Below are positions 29,168 through 39,360 of a stretch of 64,000 nucleotides of DNA, one piece after another (position 1 is the first letter of the stretch; every line of letters starts with the position of its first letter). The stretch is taken from NCBI GenBank assembly GCA_963662585.1, contig OY759729.1:1664001-1728000 (forward strand), in the 5' to 3' direction. Under the pieces are notes generated by a model. The model ran no database searches and was not told where the DNA came from. It saw nothing but the letters and a program-made list of their open reading frames with translations. The DNA comes from Candidatus Cloacimonadales bacterium (GTDB lineage Bacteria; Cloacimonadota; Cloacimonadia; Cloacimonadales; JAFGVF01). The position numbers and the translations under genes are program-made.

Positions 29168-29619
29168 TATTTTGCTCCCTGCAAGTATCTCATTTCTAGG
29201 TATTTATTTGTAAATCCTATTTTCTCGTAGAGAAATTTTGCTGGATTGTCTGGTTCTACATGGAGGGCAATGTTACCTTCAGAGACTTCGATTGCTTTGT
29301 TCATCAATTCTTTGCCCAGCTTTCTACCTCTATAGTCGTGATGAACTGCAATATAAACTAGAATATTCTCAGGAATATAATCCTTCATTCCTGTTTGATT
29401 GATTACTACAGCGCCTACTATCTGCTCATCTAAATATTTAACAATAATTTTTCCCCCGAAGGAATCTTCCATAGTTAGGGCAAAATCCATAGCTTTTTTG
29501 ATATCAGCTAAGGCATCTCCATACTCTTCTAAATGTCTTTTTAAAAAATTTGCAATACTCGTATACTCTTCATCCGTTGGTTTTTGTTCAGGTGTAAATA
29601 TATTTACACTATTATTCAT
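29167..29619 (-). CDS. GNAT family N-acetyltransferase
   Basis: YIAVHHDYRGRKLGK, NPAKFLYEKIGF. Confidence 0.9.
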   Translation of the reverse strand: MNNSVNIFTPEQKPTDEEYTSIANFLKRHLEEYGDALADIKKAMDFALTMEDSFGGKIIVKYLDEQIVGAVVINQTGMKDYIPENILVYIAVHHDYRGRKLGKELMNKAIEVSEGNIALHVEPDNPAKFLYEKIGFTNKYLEMRYLQGAK

Positions 29620-29693
29620 AATATCTCCTTATTTTTTAGATTAAAAATCTTAATATATTAATAATCAATAAGTTAGATATGTCAAGTTATTTT

Positions 29694-30443
29694 TTAATTA
29701 ATCTTTTTCCAATAGAAGAGAAAAATAGCCTGAATGGAGACCTGGAAGACTACAGCAGTTAGAATTATTAAGAGTAGATAAGAATAAACTTCTGTCATGT
29801 TGTAAAAAACTCTGGCATTATTAAACAAGAAGCCAATTCCATCAGCACAACCTACAAATTCGCCGAGAATGATTATTTTTAAAGAGAGAGCTGTGCAAGT
29901 GAGGAAATTTACTTTAAACACAGGATATAGTTTAGGGATATAGACATGAAGGATAATATCTTTAATTCCGCCTCCAAAAACATTGATTACTTCCACCAAC
30001 TCTTTAGTATGGTCTAATAGCCCGTTCACAGTGTTAGTTGCGACAATGGGCGTAATCATGATAATAATCATGCCAATTGGAACTATAGAACCAACTCCAT
30101 AAAAGAGGATTAAAAAAGAAGCAATTATTACTCCAGGTACTACCTGTAAAAGAGAAAGAATATTCTCTATATAGTTATTTATTTTAAGAATAAATGACAG
30201 AATACCAATAAAAGTTCCCAGAAAGAAAGAGAAAAGAAAACCGATAAAAAGACGATACATTGTAAGATAGTAATGATGTCCAACTGCTTTATCTTGCAAT
30301 AAATCAAAGATATTAGCTATTATGTACCAGGGAGAGGGTACTATATAACTTTCGAAAAAAAGTGAAATAACCCCCCAAACCATTAACAGAGTTAGAAGTC
30401 CTAAAAGACTTTTCTTAATTGAGTTCCAAAATTCTTTCAGCAA
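29694..30443 (-). CDS. ABC transporter permease (NitT/TauT-like)
   Basis: Hydrophobic; VPSP, TMYRL, GEFVG..GIG pattern. Confidence 0.8.
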   Translation of the reverse strand: MLKEFWNSIKKSLLGLLTLLMVWGVISLFFESYIVPSPWYIIANIFDLLQDKAVGHHYYLTMYRLFIGFLFSFFLGTFIGILSFILKINNYIENILSLLQVVPGVIIASFLILFYGVGSIVPIGMIIIMITPIVATNTVNGLLDHTKELVEVINVFGGGIKDIILHVYIPKLYPVFKVNFLTCTALSLKIIILGEFVGCADGIGFLFNNARVFYNMTEVYSYLLLIILTAVVFQVSIQAIFLFYWKKIN

Positions 30444-31338
30444 GATTGTTTTCCTTTTTTATTAGCTTGTATAGATTTTCGATAGAATTCTTTAAACTCT
30501 CTCCATCTTGATAATTGAAAGCTGTTCGTTTAAGAGTATTTAAAGTATATTCTCCCCTATTTGGGTAGTCAGCACCAATTCTAGTTAGCATTAACTCTGG
30601 GTTTGTTCTTAAACTATCACTATATAATTTTGTTAAGTAATTAATGCTGGCAATATTTTTCATATCTAAGTCTTTACTGATTAAAAGGACTTGAACAGCA
30701 GAAGTAGTTTTAAAGTTATCTTCATAAAGTTGGTTGAGAGAGAGACTAACTTTCAATTTAAACTTATTCTCTGCAATAGAGGCAAATGGTTCAGGAAGCC
30801 AAACTAAGAGTTCTGAATCCTGCTGGAGAAGCTGTAAAGAGCTAGCAAAAGGTAAATATCTAACAAAGTAATCAGTATCTTTAACTAGTTCATTCTTTTC
30901 AGCTATAGCAAGAAAAAGAAGCTCCATTGGTGAATCAGCAAAGGGGAAAACAATAGTTTGACCTCTAATATCAGATAATGAATTTATCTCTCTATTACTA
31001 ACTAAATGAGTCAAATTATCTATCTGAGAGCTAAGAAGATCAAATTCCACTCCTTGCTTGCTAAAACTATTTGCCACAGATATTCCTGTAAGCAATAACT
31101 TAGCATCACCTCTTAGAAATTTAGCATTTGCTTGTGAGTGATTAAGGAAGAAATCCAGAGAGAATCCTGGATTATCTTTTAAAGCCAAATAAAGAGGAAG
31201 AGAAGAAGGGGTCTGAGGTAAAAGAATATTTATCTTGGGAACAGCCTCACTAACTACATTTTTATCTACACTCTTTTTCTGACAGCCTACAAATAATATT
31301 AATAAGACTAGGAACACTATATTTAAAAACTTTTTCAT
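30415..31338 (-). CDS. ABC transporter substrate-binding lipoprotein (NitT/TauT-like)
   Basis: FVGC lipobox; SLSDIRGQTI and LPEPFAS motifs. Confidence 0.75.
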   Translation of the reverse strand: MKKFLNIVFLVLLILFVGCQKKSVDKNVVSEAVPKINILLPQTPSSLPLYLALKDNPGFSLDFFLNHSQANAKFLRGDAKLLLTGISVANSFSKQGVEFDLLSSQIDNLTHLVSNREINSLSDIRGQTIVFPFADSPMELLFLAIAEKNELVKDTDYFVRYLPFASSLQLLQQDSELLVWLPEPFASIAENKFKLKVSLSLNQLYEDNFKTTSAVQVLLISKDLDMKNIASINYLTKLYSDSLRTNPELMLTRIGADYPNRGEYTLNTLKRTAFNYQDGESLKNSIENLYKLIKKENNLAERILELN

Positions 31339-31464
31339 CTATTCTCCTCTAAATTAATCTAACTTCTTTATAAATAAATATATAATTTGACAAAGTTTTA
31401 AGGTAAGAATATTGTCAAATTGTTTTAACTAAGCAATAAGAACTTTTCACAAAAGAGAGAAAAT

Positions 31465-32487
31465 ATGATAAAAAAAAGAGAGACCTGGTTAGATTCTTTA
31501 AAAGGTTTAGGAATACTATTTGTTGTTTTAGGCCACTGTTACCCACCCCAACAGAATCTAACAAATTACCTCTACTCTTTTCACATAGCCTTATTCTTTG
31601 TAATATCCGGATATCTTTTACCTGCAAGCCCTACTAAAGAGAGTTTTAGTCTTTTCTTTAAGAAGAGATTCAAGAGATTAATGCTTCCTTATTTCGGTTA
31701 CGGATTCTTTACTTACATTATTTGGCTGTTTGTAGGAAGGAATTTTGGGGTAAATAAAGAGTTAGCTATTGAGCCTCTTAAGCCCTTACTAGGTCTTTTT
31801 TATGGTAATGGTTTTGATAATTATCTAGTTTTTAATATCACAATTTGGTTTTTACCTGCTTTATTTTCAACCCTAATCATTTACTATATGATATCACTTT
31901 TCTTTAAGAAAAAACTAAGATTATTTATTGCTGTTTTATCACTTCTGGGAATTGGCTTTTTAGATAGCAAGTTTAACAATTTTCGCTTACCTTGGGGAAT
32001 TAATATTGGTCTTATTGCGGTATTTTTCATCTACTTAGGACATAATGCAAAAGAAGTGCTGAAAAGAATTGAAAGTTTTCCAAGTTATCTAAATCTGAGC
32101 TTAAGTCTTTTCTTACTCAGCCTAGGCTATGTCTTACAGATTCTTAATAGTGGCGTTTCTTTTAATAGTCATAGTTATGGAAATATTTTCTATTTTCTCT
32201 TCTCTGCAACTTTCTCAATCTTAGGCTATTCTATATTAACTAAAGTCCTTCTAAATAATAAACTATTGCAGTTCTTGGGTAAAAATTCTTTTAGGATTTT
32301 ATTCCTGCATATTCTTTCTTTTTCTGTAATTTCAGCTATCCTAAAGTACATATTTAAGATAGAATACCTTACCTTTAAAATTAGCCCTATTGGGAGAATT
32401 ACCTATTTTATTGGTGCTATCCTTATAGTATCTTCCTACTCAATAATTATAGATTATATCAAGTCGAAAGGATTTAAAAAGGCTTAA
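31465..32487 (+). CDS. acyltransferase family 3 (membrane O-acyltransferase)
   Basis: WLDSLKGLGILFVVLGH, SFHIALFFVISGY, KRLMLPY, WFLPAL. Confidence 0.9.
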   Translation: MIKKRETWLDSLKGLGILFVVLGHCYPPQQNLTNYLYSFHIALFFVISGYLLPASPTKESFSLFFKKRFKRLMLPYFGYGFFTYIIWLFVGRNFGVNKELAIEPLKPLLGLFYGNGFDNYLVFNITIWFLPALFSTLIIYYMISLFFKKKLRLFIAVLSLLGIGFLDSKFNNFRLPWGINIGLIAVFFIYLGHNAKEVLKRIESFPSYLNLSLSLFLLSLGYVLQILNSGVSFNSHSYGNIFYFLFSATFSILGYSILTKVLLNNKLLQFLGKNSFRILFLHILSFSVISAILKYIFKIEYLTFKISPIGRITYFIGAILIVSSYSIIIDYIKSKGFKKA

Positions 32488-32490
32488 AAA

Positions 32491-32526
32491 AATTCAGATT
32501 GCTGTAGTTAAACAACAATCTGAATT
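32491..32526. terminator. probable bidirectional terminator between convergent genes
   Basis: 15-bp near-perfect stem AATTCAGATTGCTGT/ACAACAATCTGAATT. Confidence 0.65.
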
Positions 32527-32568
32527 ACTTATATTTTATTACTTGTTTTGGGGATTATTTAATTAATC

Positions 32569-34920
32569 TTATTTCAACAATGTAGCCTTCTTAGTATCAA
32601 TAACTATACCATTTGATGTTAAGCGATAGAGATAGATGCCTGAAGCATTATTTTCAGCATCCCAGGTTACCTTCCCGACTTTAACATCTTTATCACTGAG
32701 AGGGATTTCTTTCACTTTTTGGCCTCTTAGGTTAAATATATCAATATGAGCATTCTGAGTAGATTTACTATCTAAGGAGAAGCTTATTGAAGTTTGAGGG
32801 TTGAATGGATTAGGATAGTTATTTCCTAAGATTGAAGTTGAAGTTTGAGCTACATCATTCTCATTAGAAGTTACTTGAGGAGAGAATGATTTTACAGATA
32901 TTTTACTAATATTCCAACCTGGATCAATCAATCCAGGATCAGAACCATCATCTGTAAGAGATAAAGTTATGTATAGTTGAGTAGATTGAAAATCAGCAGG
33001 GATTTTTATCCAATCTTTATGTAAATAATCAAATTGACCAGATTCAGTCCAAATAGGAGTCTCTAACCAATTTTCACCATCATTACTTATATAAACAGTT
33101 GCAAAGTCATGATCCCAGTCTGTATGTAACCAGTGCTCTAACTCAATATAGTTAGTAGAAGCTGGATCAATAATGATAGGTTCAATATTAGTTAAATGAT
33201 AGTCACAATTTGGTTCATAGAAGTTATTGTCAAAACCTAAATCAAAATTGAAATTCCAATATTTAGAATCTGAAACAAATGACTGTTCTATGTTTTCTGT
33301 ATCTGTATAAGTTGTAATGGCCCAATTATCAGTACCTGTCCAATTACTTAAATTAGCAAAATCATCACTAAAGAGTTCTTGGAAATTAGTAAGATCTATG
33401 TTGATTACATTAGGTCCTGTAGGAATAGTGAAGACTTCTGAGTAATAACGATCTTCACTTTCAAATATCAAATTAACTTGGCCAGCAATAAGAGAAATAA
33501 CTTCTGAATTTCCAGGAGTTAATCCTTCCACTACTTGTTTGTGGTCAGCTATATCTAAGTATTCAAAACTAACCTTTCCTTGCCCCCAATAACCATCAAC
33601 ATTAAGTGTTAAGTTAGAATTAGCAGCAGGGAGTGGAACCAACTGAATATTCTTTGTTGTCCTAGTATTATACACTGTAACATTAACTGATTGAGTATAA
33701 TAGCCTTCCTTCTTAGCAATGATTGTGTATTGTCCATTTACTAGTGGACGGAAATATATTCCACTTTCTGCAAAGGTTAATCTTGGTCTAAAGTATTCTG
33801 GGTTTCTGCCATCAATTTGAATCTCAGCTTCCAGAGCTTGGCCTGTAACCGCATCAGTTACCACACCAGTTAACATAGAGTTTGACTCAGTATAAACACT
33901 TGAGGATAAAGCTCTATTTAGCAACCAGGCAGAGCCTAAGTAACCTTGTTCTGCTACGAAGTCCATTCCTTCTTGTTCAGGCTGTAGATTGAGAGTTCCG
34001 CACTCAATTAAAAGCTGAAGAGTACCAAATGCTTGGTAGAGTGATTGCTCTTGGCTACCCTTTCTTCCCAAGCTGGCAGCATATTCATAGGTATTAGTTT
34101 GATCATCTTTAAGTATCTGAGAAGCAACACCTTCTCCTAACTGATCAGTTATATCTAAATCTGGAGAAGGTCTGATTCCATACCAATTCCAAGGATAATA
34201 GACTTTTTCAGACAGATTTCCTGTTCTTGAAGAGTGCCATTGAATAGAATAGACAGGTTTGTACTCTTCAACAAAATCCCAGATAACATTAGTTTCACTC
34301 TCTGAAAGCGGAGCTGTACCACGAAAATAATCATATACTTCTAATCCCGCAGTAGTATAAAGAGTATCACCATGAACCCAATTAAATGGGAAGTTACGGT
34401 TATTATCAACACCATCTACATCATAACCAACTACAGGACTAAAATCAAAAACACCATTTTGGTTGTTATCTCTCTGATTTTTACGGTAAGAAGTATCTAT
34501 TCCATCTCTAACAACCTGATAACCTTCTACATTTAAGGCAGGTATGATATAGATTTGGAGCTGTTGTAACCAGTTGTAATATGGAGGTCTATTTCTATTA
34601 GCAACAATCTCATCTATTGTTTTAAAAGAGATAGGTATTCCTAAAACCTCTTCTGCATGAATTAAAGAACTAAACAAAATTGCAGGTTTTTCAGGATGAT
34701 ATACTTCCACATCGTGAGACAATTTAATCATGTAAATTGGCATATTCTCTTGTTGGGAGTAACCAGCTATCTCAACTTGACAGATATCAGGGTAATCCTC
34801 CTGATACTGGTTTAATTGGTCTATTATTTCCTGATTAGTAGGATAACAATCAGGAAGTGAACCTTGACTAAACAACAGACTCGTAGTAGCTAAAAGCAAT
34901 AAAAACAAAGTTTTTTTCAT
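32569..34920 (-). CDS. secreted M14 zinc carboxypeptidase with regulatory Ig domain and C-terminal sorting domain
   Basis: Signal peptide; IHAEE, RKN, GVDNNRNF, SESET, QWHS; NYPNPFNP...TKKATLLK. Confidence 0.9.
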   Translation of the reverse strand: MKKTLFLLLLATTSLLFSQGSLPDCYPTNQEIIDQLNQYQEDYPDICQVEIAGYSQQENMPIYMIKLSHDVEVYHPEKPAILFSSLIHAEEVLGIPISFKTIDEIVANRNRPPYYNWLQQLQIYIIPALNVEGYQVVRDGIDTSYRKNQRDNNQNGVFDFSPVVGYDVDGVDNNRNFPFNWVHGDTLYTTAGLEVYDYFRGTAPLSESETNVIWDFVEEYKPVYSIQWHSSRTGNLSEKVYYPWNWYGIRPSPDLDITDQLGEGVASQILKDDQTNTYEYAASLGRKGSQEQSLYQAFGTLQLLIECGTLNLQPEQEGMDFVAEQGYLGSAWLLNRALSSSVYTESNSMLTGVVTDAVTGQALEAEIQIDGRNPEYFRPRLTFAESGIYFRPLVNGQYTIIAKKEGYYTQSVNVTVYNTRTTKNIQLVPLPAANSNLTLNVDGYWGQGKVSFEYLDIADHKQVVEGLTPGNSEVISLIAGQVNLIFESEDRYYSEVFTIPTGPNVINIDLTNFQELFSDDFANLSNWTGTDNWAITTYTDTENIEQSFVSDSKYWNFNFDLGFDNNFYEPNCDYHLTNIEPIIIDPASTNYIELEHWLHTDWDHDFATVYISNDGENWLETPIWTESGQFDYLHKDWIKIPADFQSTQLYITLSLTDDGSDPGLIDPGWNISKISVKSFSPQVTSNENDVAQTSTSILGNNYPNPFNPQTSISFSLDSKSTQNAHIDIFNLRGQKVKEIPLSDKDVKVGKVTWDAENNASGIYLYRLTSNGIVIDTKKATLLK

Positions 34921-34969
34921 AAATTCCTCTTTATTTTATGTAAATTAATTTCATATTTATATTTATAAT

Positions 34970-34985
34970 TGCAAGATGTATTCCA
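34970..34985 (-). promoter_or_regulatory. putative sigma54 (-24/-12) promoter of the M14 peptidase
   Basis: TGGAATACATCTTGCA on minus strand (GG-N10-GC), 50 nt upstream of the ATG. Confidence 0.65.
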
Positions 34986-35059
34986 TATAGTGTTATTTTT
35001 AAATTTATCAAAATCATCTCTTGCTAAGAGCTAAATAAAATTGTATCTACTTAATAATA

Positions 35060-35935
35060 TCACTTCTTCATACTTAAATAATTATAATAAGCAACAAAAA
35101 AGATAATAACTCCCCCTAAAATTGAATACTTGTCAGGGAAAGCATCACCTATTATTAAGCCAATAACTGTAGCAAAAAGAATGGAAGTATAGTTATAAAT
35201 AGATATCTCAGATGCAGGAGCTAGATGGTATGCCTTTGTTAGCGATATTTGCCCTATACCTGCAAAAACACCGATACTTATTAACAAAAGCAAGGTTAAT
35301 AAACTTGGCGTCACAAAGTAGGGTAGCATCAAGGGGAGTGTCCCTATAACAGAAATAGCTGAGAAATAAAAGACTATCATACTTGAGCTAGCTTTTTCTT
35401 TTAAGAATCTTACAATAGTATAGGCTAAACCAGCGAAGATAGCTGAAAGAAAGCCTGCTATTGCCGGAATTATAGTTAAATCAAATTGAGGTTTGATAAT
35501 AAGTAGAGCACCCATAAAGGCAATGATTATCACTAATGTCTTTCTGATATTAAAACCCTCTTTTAAGAAAATTCCAGCAAATAAAATAACAAAGAAAGGT
35601 GATAACTTATTTAACATAGTGGAATCGGCTAATGTCATATTACTTATAGCATAAAAGTATAAAATCACTCCAGAAAGACCTGCCAAAGAGCGCGCTATTA
35701 AATACTTAGTGGCCAGACCCTGTTTAAAAGGATTTTCTTTCTGCTTAATAATAATCACCAACATTAAGATAAATGTTATCAGATTTCTAAAGAAGACCTT
35801 TTCTATTACTGGAACTTCAGAAGCTAGCTTTACAGTTGCTCCCATTAAAGCAAAACTTAAAGCAGAGATCAACATCCAGCCTATAGCGACTTCTCTTTGC
35901 GCGATTTTCTTCTTAGGACTATTTCTATTACTCAT
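35060..35935 (-). CDS. DMT/EamA family transporter
   Basis: About 10 hydrophobic segments; FFRN, LSPFFV, AYHLAPAS. Confidence 0.88.
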   Translation of the reverse strand: MSNRNSPKKKIAQREVAIGWMLISALSFALMGATVKLASEVPVIEKVFFRNLITFILMLVIIIKQKENPFKQGLATKYLIARSLAGLSGVILYFYAISNMTLADSTMLNKLSPFFVILFAGIFLKEGFNIRKTLVIIIAFMGALLIIKPQFDLTIIPAIAGFLSAIFAGLAYTIVRFLKEKASSSMIVFYFSAISVIGTLPLMLPYFVTPSLLTLLLLISIGVFAGIGQISLTKAYHLAPASEISIYNYTSILFATVIGLIIGDAFPDKYSILGGVIIFFVAYYNYLSMKK

Positions 35936-35953
35936 CTATACTTTTCAACCTTA

Positions 35954-37675
35954 TTAATCTAAGACATTCATTCTGGAACATAAACTATGATAATAGCCTT
36001 TTTGTATAAGTAAGTCATGATGTGTTCCTTCTTCAATAATTTCACCCTTCTTCATCACATAAGTGTAATGAGCTTTGGCAACAGTGGATAATCTATGAGC
36101 AATAATTAAGGTCGTTCTGCCCCTACTTAATTCATTAAGCGCCTCTTGGATATACTCTTCTGATTCTGTATCTAAAGAGGAAGTAGCTTCATCAAAAATT
36201 AGAATTGCTGGATCTTTTAAAAATACTCTAGCAATAGAGACTCTTTGCTTCTGTCCACCTGATAATTTCACACCTCTCTCCCCAACCAAAGTTTCAAAGC
36301 CGTCAGGTAAAGATAATATGAAGTCTAAGATATTAGCTCGTCTTGCAGCTTCATAAACCTCTTCATCACTAGCTTCAGGATTGCCATAAAGAATATTATC
36401 CTTGATACTTGTATCGAATAAAAATACACTCTGCTGAACAATTCCAATATTATCTCTTAAAAACTTTTGTTCAAGTTCTTTTACCTTATTGCCATCTATC
36501 AGTATTTCCCCTTTAATAGGCTCATAAAAACGAGGAATAAGTGAAACTAATGAAGATTTACCTGCTCCAGATTCTCCTACTAAGGCAACTGTTTTTCCAG
36601 CCTTAATCTTCATATTTATCTTTGATAGAACTAAATCTTCAACTCCTTGATATTTAAAATCTAAATCTCGCAATTCAATATTACCTTGGACTTTAGAGAC
36701 TTTTATAGGATTAGCAATATCCTTTATGTCTGGTTCTATATCCATTATATCAATAAACCTTTCAAAAGCTGTTGTTCCCTGTTGATACTGTTCCACAAAG
36801 TTAATCAAGCGATTGATAGGATTCAAAATGAAATTAATATAAAGAATAAAAGCTAAGAGATCTGCCACTTCTAACATGTTGTTCAGAATTAGCCAGGTAG
36901 CAGCTCCTAAAACAACTCCGTAATACAAATCAGTAATAAGACCCATTCCTGTATGAAATAGAGACATAAGTGAATACATCTTCTCTTTAGCCTTCTTAAA
37001 ATGGACATTAACATCACCAAACTTAGCAATTTCAATATCCTCATTAGCATAAGACTTTACCTCTCTAATACCTTGCACTGAATTCTCTACAGAACTATTC
37101 ATATCAGCTATTTTCTTTCTAACTAGCCTAAAGCCTGATTTCATTCTTCTACCTAAAGTTAATCCCCAAATCACCATAAAAGGAAGAGGAATCAAAGCAA
37201 ACCAAGCCAAAGTGGCATTAAATTTAAACATTAAGATAAAAGATCCGACAATAGTAAAGATAGAAATTATAAGATCTTCAGGTGCATGATGAGCAACTTC
37301 AGCAATTGTATTCAAATCGTTTGTGATTCTAGACATAATATGCCCAGTTTTTGTATTATCATAATAAGTAAAAGAGAGTTTTTGTAGATGCCTAAAAAGC
37401 ATTGAACGCATATCAGCTTCTATTCTGACTCCTAGAATATGCCCCCATTTTACCCTTATGTAATTTAATATAGCCTTAAAAATCCAAATTACTAGTAACA
37501 CTCCAAAAAAGATAATAATCATCTTCACATCTTTCTCAGGAATAGTATCTCTAATCAACTTTCTTGTTACTGTAGGGAAAACTATACTTAACAAAGATGA
37601 GATAACCGCAGCTATGATATCAATGTAAAACAGTAGCTTATGAGGTTTATAGAATGAGATAAATCTTTTCAGCAC
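35954..37675 (-). CDS. ABC transporter fused permease/ATP-binding protein
   Basis: TMD plus GESGAGKS, LSGGQKQR, IFDEATSSLD, IAHRLST; GTG start with GGAGG RBS. Confidence 0.93.
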   Translation of the reverse strand: MLKRFISFYKPHKLLFYIDIIAAVISSLLSIVFPTVTRKLIRDTIPEKDVKMIIIFFGVLLVIWIFKAILNYIRVKWGHILGVRIEADMRSMLFRHLQKLSFTYYDNTKTGHIMSRITNDLNTIAEVAHHAPEDLIISIFTIVGSFILMFKFNATLAWFALIPLPFMVIWGLTLGRRMKSGFRLVRKKIADMNSSVENSVQGIREVKSYANEDIEIAKFGDVNVHFKKAKEKMYSLMSLFHTGMGLITDLYYGVVLGAATWLILNNMLEVADLLAFILYINFILNPINRLINFVEQYQQGTTAFERFIDIMDIEPDIKDIANPIKVSKVQGNIELRDLDFKYQGVEDLVLSKINMKIKAGKTVALVGESGAGKSSLVSLIPRFYEPIKGEILIDGNKVKELEQKFLRDNIGIVQQSVFLFDTSIKDNILYGNPEASDEEVYEAARRANILDFILSLPDGFETLVGERGVKLSGGQKQRVSIARVFLKDPAILIFDEATSSLDTESEEYIQEALNELSRGRTTLIIAHRLSTVAKAHYTYVMKKGEIIEEGTHHDLLIQKGYYHSLCSRMNVLD

Positions 37676-37795
37676 AAGGCCTCCATTTCTTAATTATTAA
37701 GGTCAAAATTCAGATTATGCATCTTTTGTAAATACTTTTTTTCATTTAGCTATTATTGCAAATCTCAAAAAGAGATAATCTTTCTAAAAATAAAA

Positions 37796-37817
37796 AAAGC
37801 AGGGAAATCCCTGCTTT
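37796..37817 (-). terminator. intrinsic terminator
   Basis: AAAGCAGGGA/TCCCTGCTTT inverted repeat with T-run on minus strand. Confidence 0.7.
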
Positions 37818-37842
37818 ACTTTTTATAAATTTTATTACGAAC

Positions 37843-38229
37843 TTATTTTTTTTTTGCGTCATCACAATCGCAATCGCAATCATCGTCTTCGCAATCACAA
37901 CCGCAATGTTCTTCATCATCGTCATCGTCTGCATCTATAAGTTCATCAGTTTCTTCTTCAGCATCAAACATATCTTCAAATGCTTTTCCAACTTCATCAA
38001 AAATATTATCATCATCAATGTTATTTATGTTTAAAGTACCATCTTCATTCTCTGAATATTCATAAATCCAGAAGTCTTCTTCATTTTCAGGAAGTACAGC
38101 AATATACTCTTTATCGTTATGTTCAAGAGTTGCAAGAACTTCGCAATTCAATTCTTTTCCATCTTCCAAGGTTAATGTGAGAGTTAATGGCTCATCAATT
38201 ATTTCTTCAATTTGTTGTTTATCAGTCAT
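37843..38229 (-). CDS. DUF1292 domain protein with acidic Cys-rich tail
   Basis: LTLEDGKELNCEVLATLEHNDKEYIAVLP; ATG 38229 with AAGGAGA RBS. Confidence 0.8.
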   Translation of the reverse strand: MTDKQQIEEIIDEPLTLTLTLEDGKELNCEVLATLEHNDKEYIAVLPENEEDFWIYEYSENEDGTLNINNIDDDNIFDEVGKAFEDMFDAEEETDELIDADDDDDEEHCGCDCEDDDCDCDCDDAKKK

Positions 38230-38375
38230 GATATCTCCTTTTGAGTTACTCAACTTAGCCACAAAAAAATAAGGGTGAAAAGTAGCAAGCTTTTTTTTCT
38301 TCTAATTAATCTATCTAGCTCTTTATTCTATAATTAAGCTATAATTAGAGTGATTCTTTTGACTGTTATCAAGCT

Positions 38376-39266
38376 TTACTTTAGGATTCCTCTTGCTAGT
38401 TTTCTCTTTGAATTATTAAATTTGATAAGTTCAGCAGTATAAACAATAAGTGCAATCCATATAATCATGAATCCCAGTAGTTTATCCATAGGAAAAGCTT
38501 CTTTAAATACTATTAGTCCAATTATCAACTGAAAAGTTGGCGAGACATATTGAAGCATACCTAAAGTAGTGAGTGTTAGTTTCTTAGCTGCTAGGTTGTA
38601 GAGAACTAAAGGCAGACCTGTTGCTATCCCTGCTCCTAATAGTAATAAATCAGTCTCAAGATTAAACTTACCCATTGAACTATCCCCTCTTAACATCAAC
38701 ATTGAGATAAAGCCAAAAGCTGGAAAAGATAAGATAAATGTCTCTAAAGAGAAAGATTCTATTCCACCTAGCTTAGACTTCTTTTTTAACAGCCCATACA
38801 TAGCAAAGGAAAGAGCTAAAACCAAAGATACCCAGGGTAACTTACCATATTTGTAAGTAAGAAAAGCTACACCTATAAGAGCTATTAAAATGGCTATTTT
38901 TTGCTGATTCCTTAGTTTTTCGTGAAGGAATAAAGTCCCTAGAAGAACATTGGCTAAAGGATTTATGTAATAACCTAAACTTGCTTCTACAACTTGATTA
39001 TTATTAACAGCCCATATATATACTAACCAATTGATAGATATAAAAATAGAGGTAAGTCCATAATAACTGAATTGTTTAAAACTTAACTCTTTCAGCCACT
39101 TCCATTTCTTTAATACAATCATTAAAAATGCGACAAAGAATAGAGAACCAACGATTCTATAAGCTAATATCTCTGGAGCTGGAACTACTTGTAGTCTTCT
39201 CCAATATATAGGGAAAAGTCCCCATAATATAAATGCTAAAACACCTTTAATCAGATTCTTATCCAT
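38376..39266 (-). CDS. rarD: EamA family transporter RarD
   Basis: LWGLFPIYW, EASLGYYINPL, YGLLKK, QYVSPT. Confidence 0.92.
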   Translation of the reverse strand: MDKNLIKGVLAFILWGLFPIYWRRLQVVPAPEILAYRIVGSLFFVAFLMIVLKKWKWLKELSFKQFSYYGLTSIFISINWLVYIWAVNNNQVVEASLGYYINPLANVLLGTLFLHEKLRNQQKIAILIALIGVAFLTYKYGKLPWVSLVLALSFAMYGLLKKKSKLGGIESFSLETFILSFPAFGFISMLMLRGDSSMGKFNLETDLLLLGAGIATGLPLVLYNLAAKKLTLTTLGMLQYVSPTFQLIIGLIVFKEAFPMDKLLGFMIIWIALIVYTAELIKFNNSKRKLARGILK

Positions 39267-39360
39267 TGATTTTCCTTAGAATTGTTTTCCTTGATTGTTT
39301 AATATTCTAATTTTTCAGATTTACAGAAGACCTAAATATCTTTCTACACAAAATAGACCT

